A stretch of DNA of 64,000 bases from Selaginella moellendorffii (Eukaryota; Plantae; Lycopodiophyta). The DNA is taken from contig NW_003314312.1 of the NCBI RefSeq assembly GCF_000143415.4, forward strand, positions 129,261-193,260. The letters are read 5' to 3'. Below, in pieces: positions 61,801 to 64,000 of this stretch. The position numbers were made by a program, and so were the translations under genes. Under the pieces are notes generated by a model. The model saw nothing but the letters and a program-made list of their open reading frames with translations. It did not search any database and was not told the origin of the DNA. The number at the start of each line of letters is the position of its first letter. Within the stretch, counting starts at the first letter, position 1.

Positions 61801-64000
61801 GTACCTTTTCAAGTATTGTATCCAGTAGGCCGACACCGATAGTTCTGATGCTTTCCATTGCTCCAGTTGCAACCTGCATTTCGGTAATATGAGACTCAGG
61901 TAATGCACACCGATACAAGACCTGATACGCAAGTGCAACCAGCTCGCCTAAATGAAGAACTAGCAGGTCGGCACCCGGGTTTCTTGCCAGATGTTGTCGT
62001 GCTTGATTGATGTCAAAATGCAGAGGATCAGCCCCCACTGCAGTTGGAATGCGACTGAGACATCTGAAAAAAGAAAAAAAAAAAAAAAGAAGCCCGTAAT
62101 GTTGTGTGCATATAAAAATGAATCAACATACTCTGCCGCAAAAACGCGCGTTGTATAACGAGGTAAAAGATCAACTTCTCTCCTTACTTCAGATTTCGCT
62201 GGCTCGGAATTTCGAGAACCAATCATGCTACCTTCATCATCTTCACCCACTGGCTCTTCAGCTCCACCAATTGCATTAGAGGACGAAACATTTGGTTTCG
62301 AGCTCGCAAGGACCTACATCAACAGTACACAGGTCAACTCGTATAGACTCACATAACAGAACTTACAAATTGATCTTACAACAGTGCGGCATATTTGAAT
62401 CCAGCGAGAGGTGTACGACGGACAGGCTGAATCCAGAAGGCGTTGCAGCGTCAGACGGACGGTTTTAATAATCCTGAAAATAGACACTTTGAAAAACAGC
62501 AGAGTGAAACAGGCTTACTTTGAATCAGTTTCGGTATCTAGCATTGCAAATAAATCTTCCTCAATCCTTTCGTTATTCATGGCCACCTGAAAAATCACGT
62601 TAGGACTTCTTTCACAGGAATCCTTTAAAAGTACTGGATCGCGTTCACAGAGATGCCTTAACGTCGAAACTGCAGCATGCCTCAAAGATGGCTGCAATAG
62701 TAATAGATTAGATATAGACAATATTATTGATAGCAAACCTGCTTCGAGAACAACGTCGGAAGAAGGGTCTCAACGTGAGCATGGACGGGAAGAGCCTGTG
62801 GAGCGAAAACCACCAACTGTTGTATATATCTCACGCCCCTACGTTAAAACACAAAAATAAACAAGAGTCCAGAACATGTACACCCACTCACTCTAAAAGC
62901 GCTCCTGGTTCCTCACCAGAACTTACGACTGATACAACGGACTACATAAGATCCCTGGTCAGTAATCTGAGCTGCGGGCTTGAAATGTTACCTTGCACCG
63001 CGAGTAAAGTGAGCTTCCAAAGGATAATTCGGGCCCAAGAACAGCCACAATAGCATTCACCACACGACCAATGCTCTCTCGTATTTCTGGATGATTATGA
63101 TCCTCAGATAGTATGATATCCATAACTAGAGTCAACGTCGCCTGCAAGACACAAATATCACTTTTATTCACACACACAAAAAATACCTGCACATGCGGAA
63201 CAAACGATAGACCAGCAGATTCGATGGTAAGCCATAAGCCATGCAAAATCCAGACGTGGTGCCCCTCTTTAGCGTCCCGAGCCATTGAGCATATGGCTTG
63301 CACAGTTGCTGGAACAAGAGCTGAAAGTGCCATACCCCCTACACTGTAACATCAAAAGATTATTAGCATCAACAGCCTAGATAAAAGCCCGTATAACCTG
63401 CGATGAATACATCCAAGAACGAATGCAACTGAGCCTTTGTGCAAAGATTCGTTTGCTCCACCTACATCGCTCAAAAGAGATCGCATCTGCAAAAAAAAAA
63501 AAAAAGGATTGTTTGACATGGGCAACGGCATCGATACCAGACGTGCAGCGTAAACATCTGTTCCCATTTTTGCCAGTAAGCCAAGTCCTTCGGCAGCAGC
63601 ACGGCGGTGGGTCGTGGCACTTGTTTCTTCCGAGAGAATGTCCTGCACGTGCTACAGTCAGTAAAATGGACTTGCTTATACAAATAATCTGACCTCAAAC
63701 AACGTCTGAATACGTTTCAAAACCTCTCCTTCAGGATGTTCTTGAATCCGTTGTACTACAGATTTCTAAAAGTTGTAGCAATATAAACAATGAGCATAAA
63801 AATAATCACAATAATGTTGCATACCTTAAGACTTCCAAGTAGCGCAACACAGATATTTGTTAAGCTCGCATCATACGAGGGCTTTTTCCCATTTTTAATT
63901 GACATTTCCATCACGTCCAGCACTTGTAGCCTTGTAGTTTCGGACTGGGAATTTCCAGCAAAATAAATAGATGAGCCAAGTTAAACTATATCATTACCTG
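58887..64000 (-). CDS. SWEETIE: Large HEAT-repeat protein SWEETIE/HEATR5 (3' part; gene continues beyond window)
   Basis: Many short exons encoding HRRAAAEGLGLLA, WILHGLWLTIESAG, LRHAAVSTLRHLCERDP, PRYTTRVFAAE and GHLLLEQYQ|AQ. C-terminal DEWDDF adaptor-ear-type motif. Confidence 0.85.

Overview
Eukaryotic land-plant genomic DNA, most consistent with a lycophyte such as Selaginella. That call is inferred from very short introns, tight gene packing, PLS-class PPR genes and bryophyte/lycophyte-type 5S sequence. The left part (1-28.7 kb) holds a solo LTR and a decayed duplicate of a PPR + ClpX pair. It also holds a ~22-kb nest of transposons: a short-LTR Ty3/gypsy element interrupted by a LINE fragment, another LTR and two copies of a non-coding LARD-like LTR element. 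The right part (28.7-64 kb) is gene-dense: frameshifted CCDC86/Cgr1, intronless PAL, intact PPR and ClpX, ATG9, AGPase small subunit, an F-box gene, PrxQ, an FCP/SCP phosphatase, a full-length degenerate gypsy element, an MDR reductase, dCTP pyrophosphatase and the 3' part of SWEETIE/HEATR5. There are two main findings. (1) A family of tiny (133-293 bp) TG..CA elements carries a 5S rRNA Pol III internal promoter (Cassandra-like). All three copies have 5-bp TSDs, all sit inside other retrotransposons, and one has become a perfect 26-bp-TIR hairpin. (2) The PAL gene naturally carries F137V and L256F (parsley numbering) in its substrate pocket.
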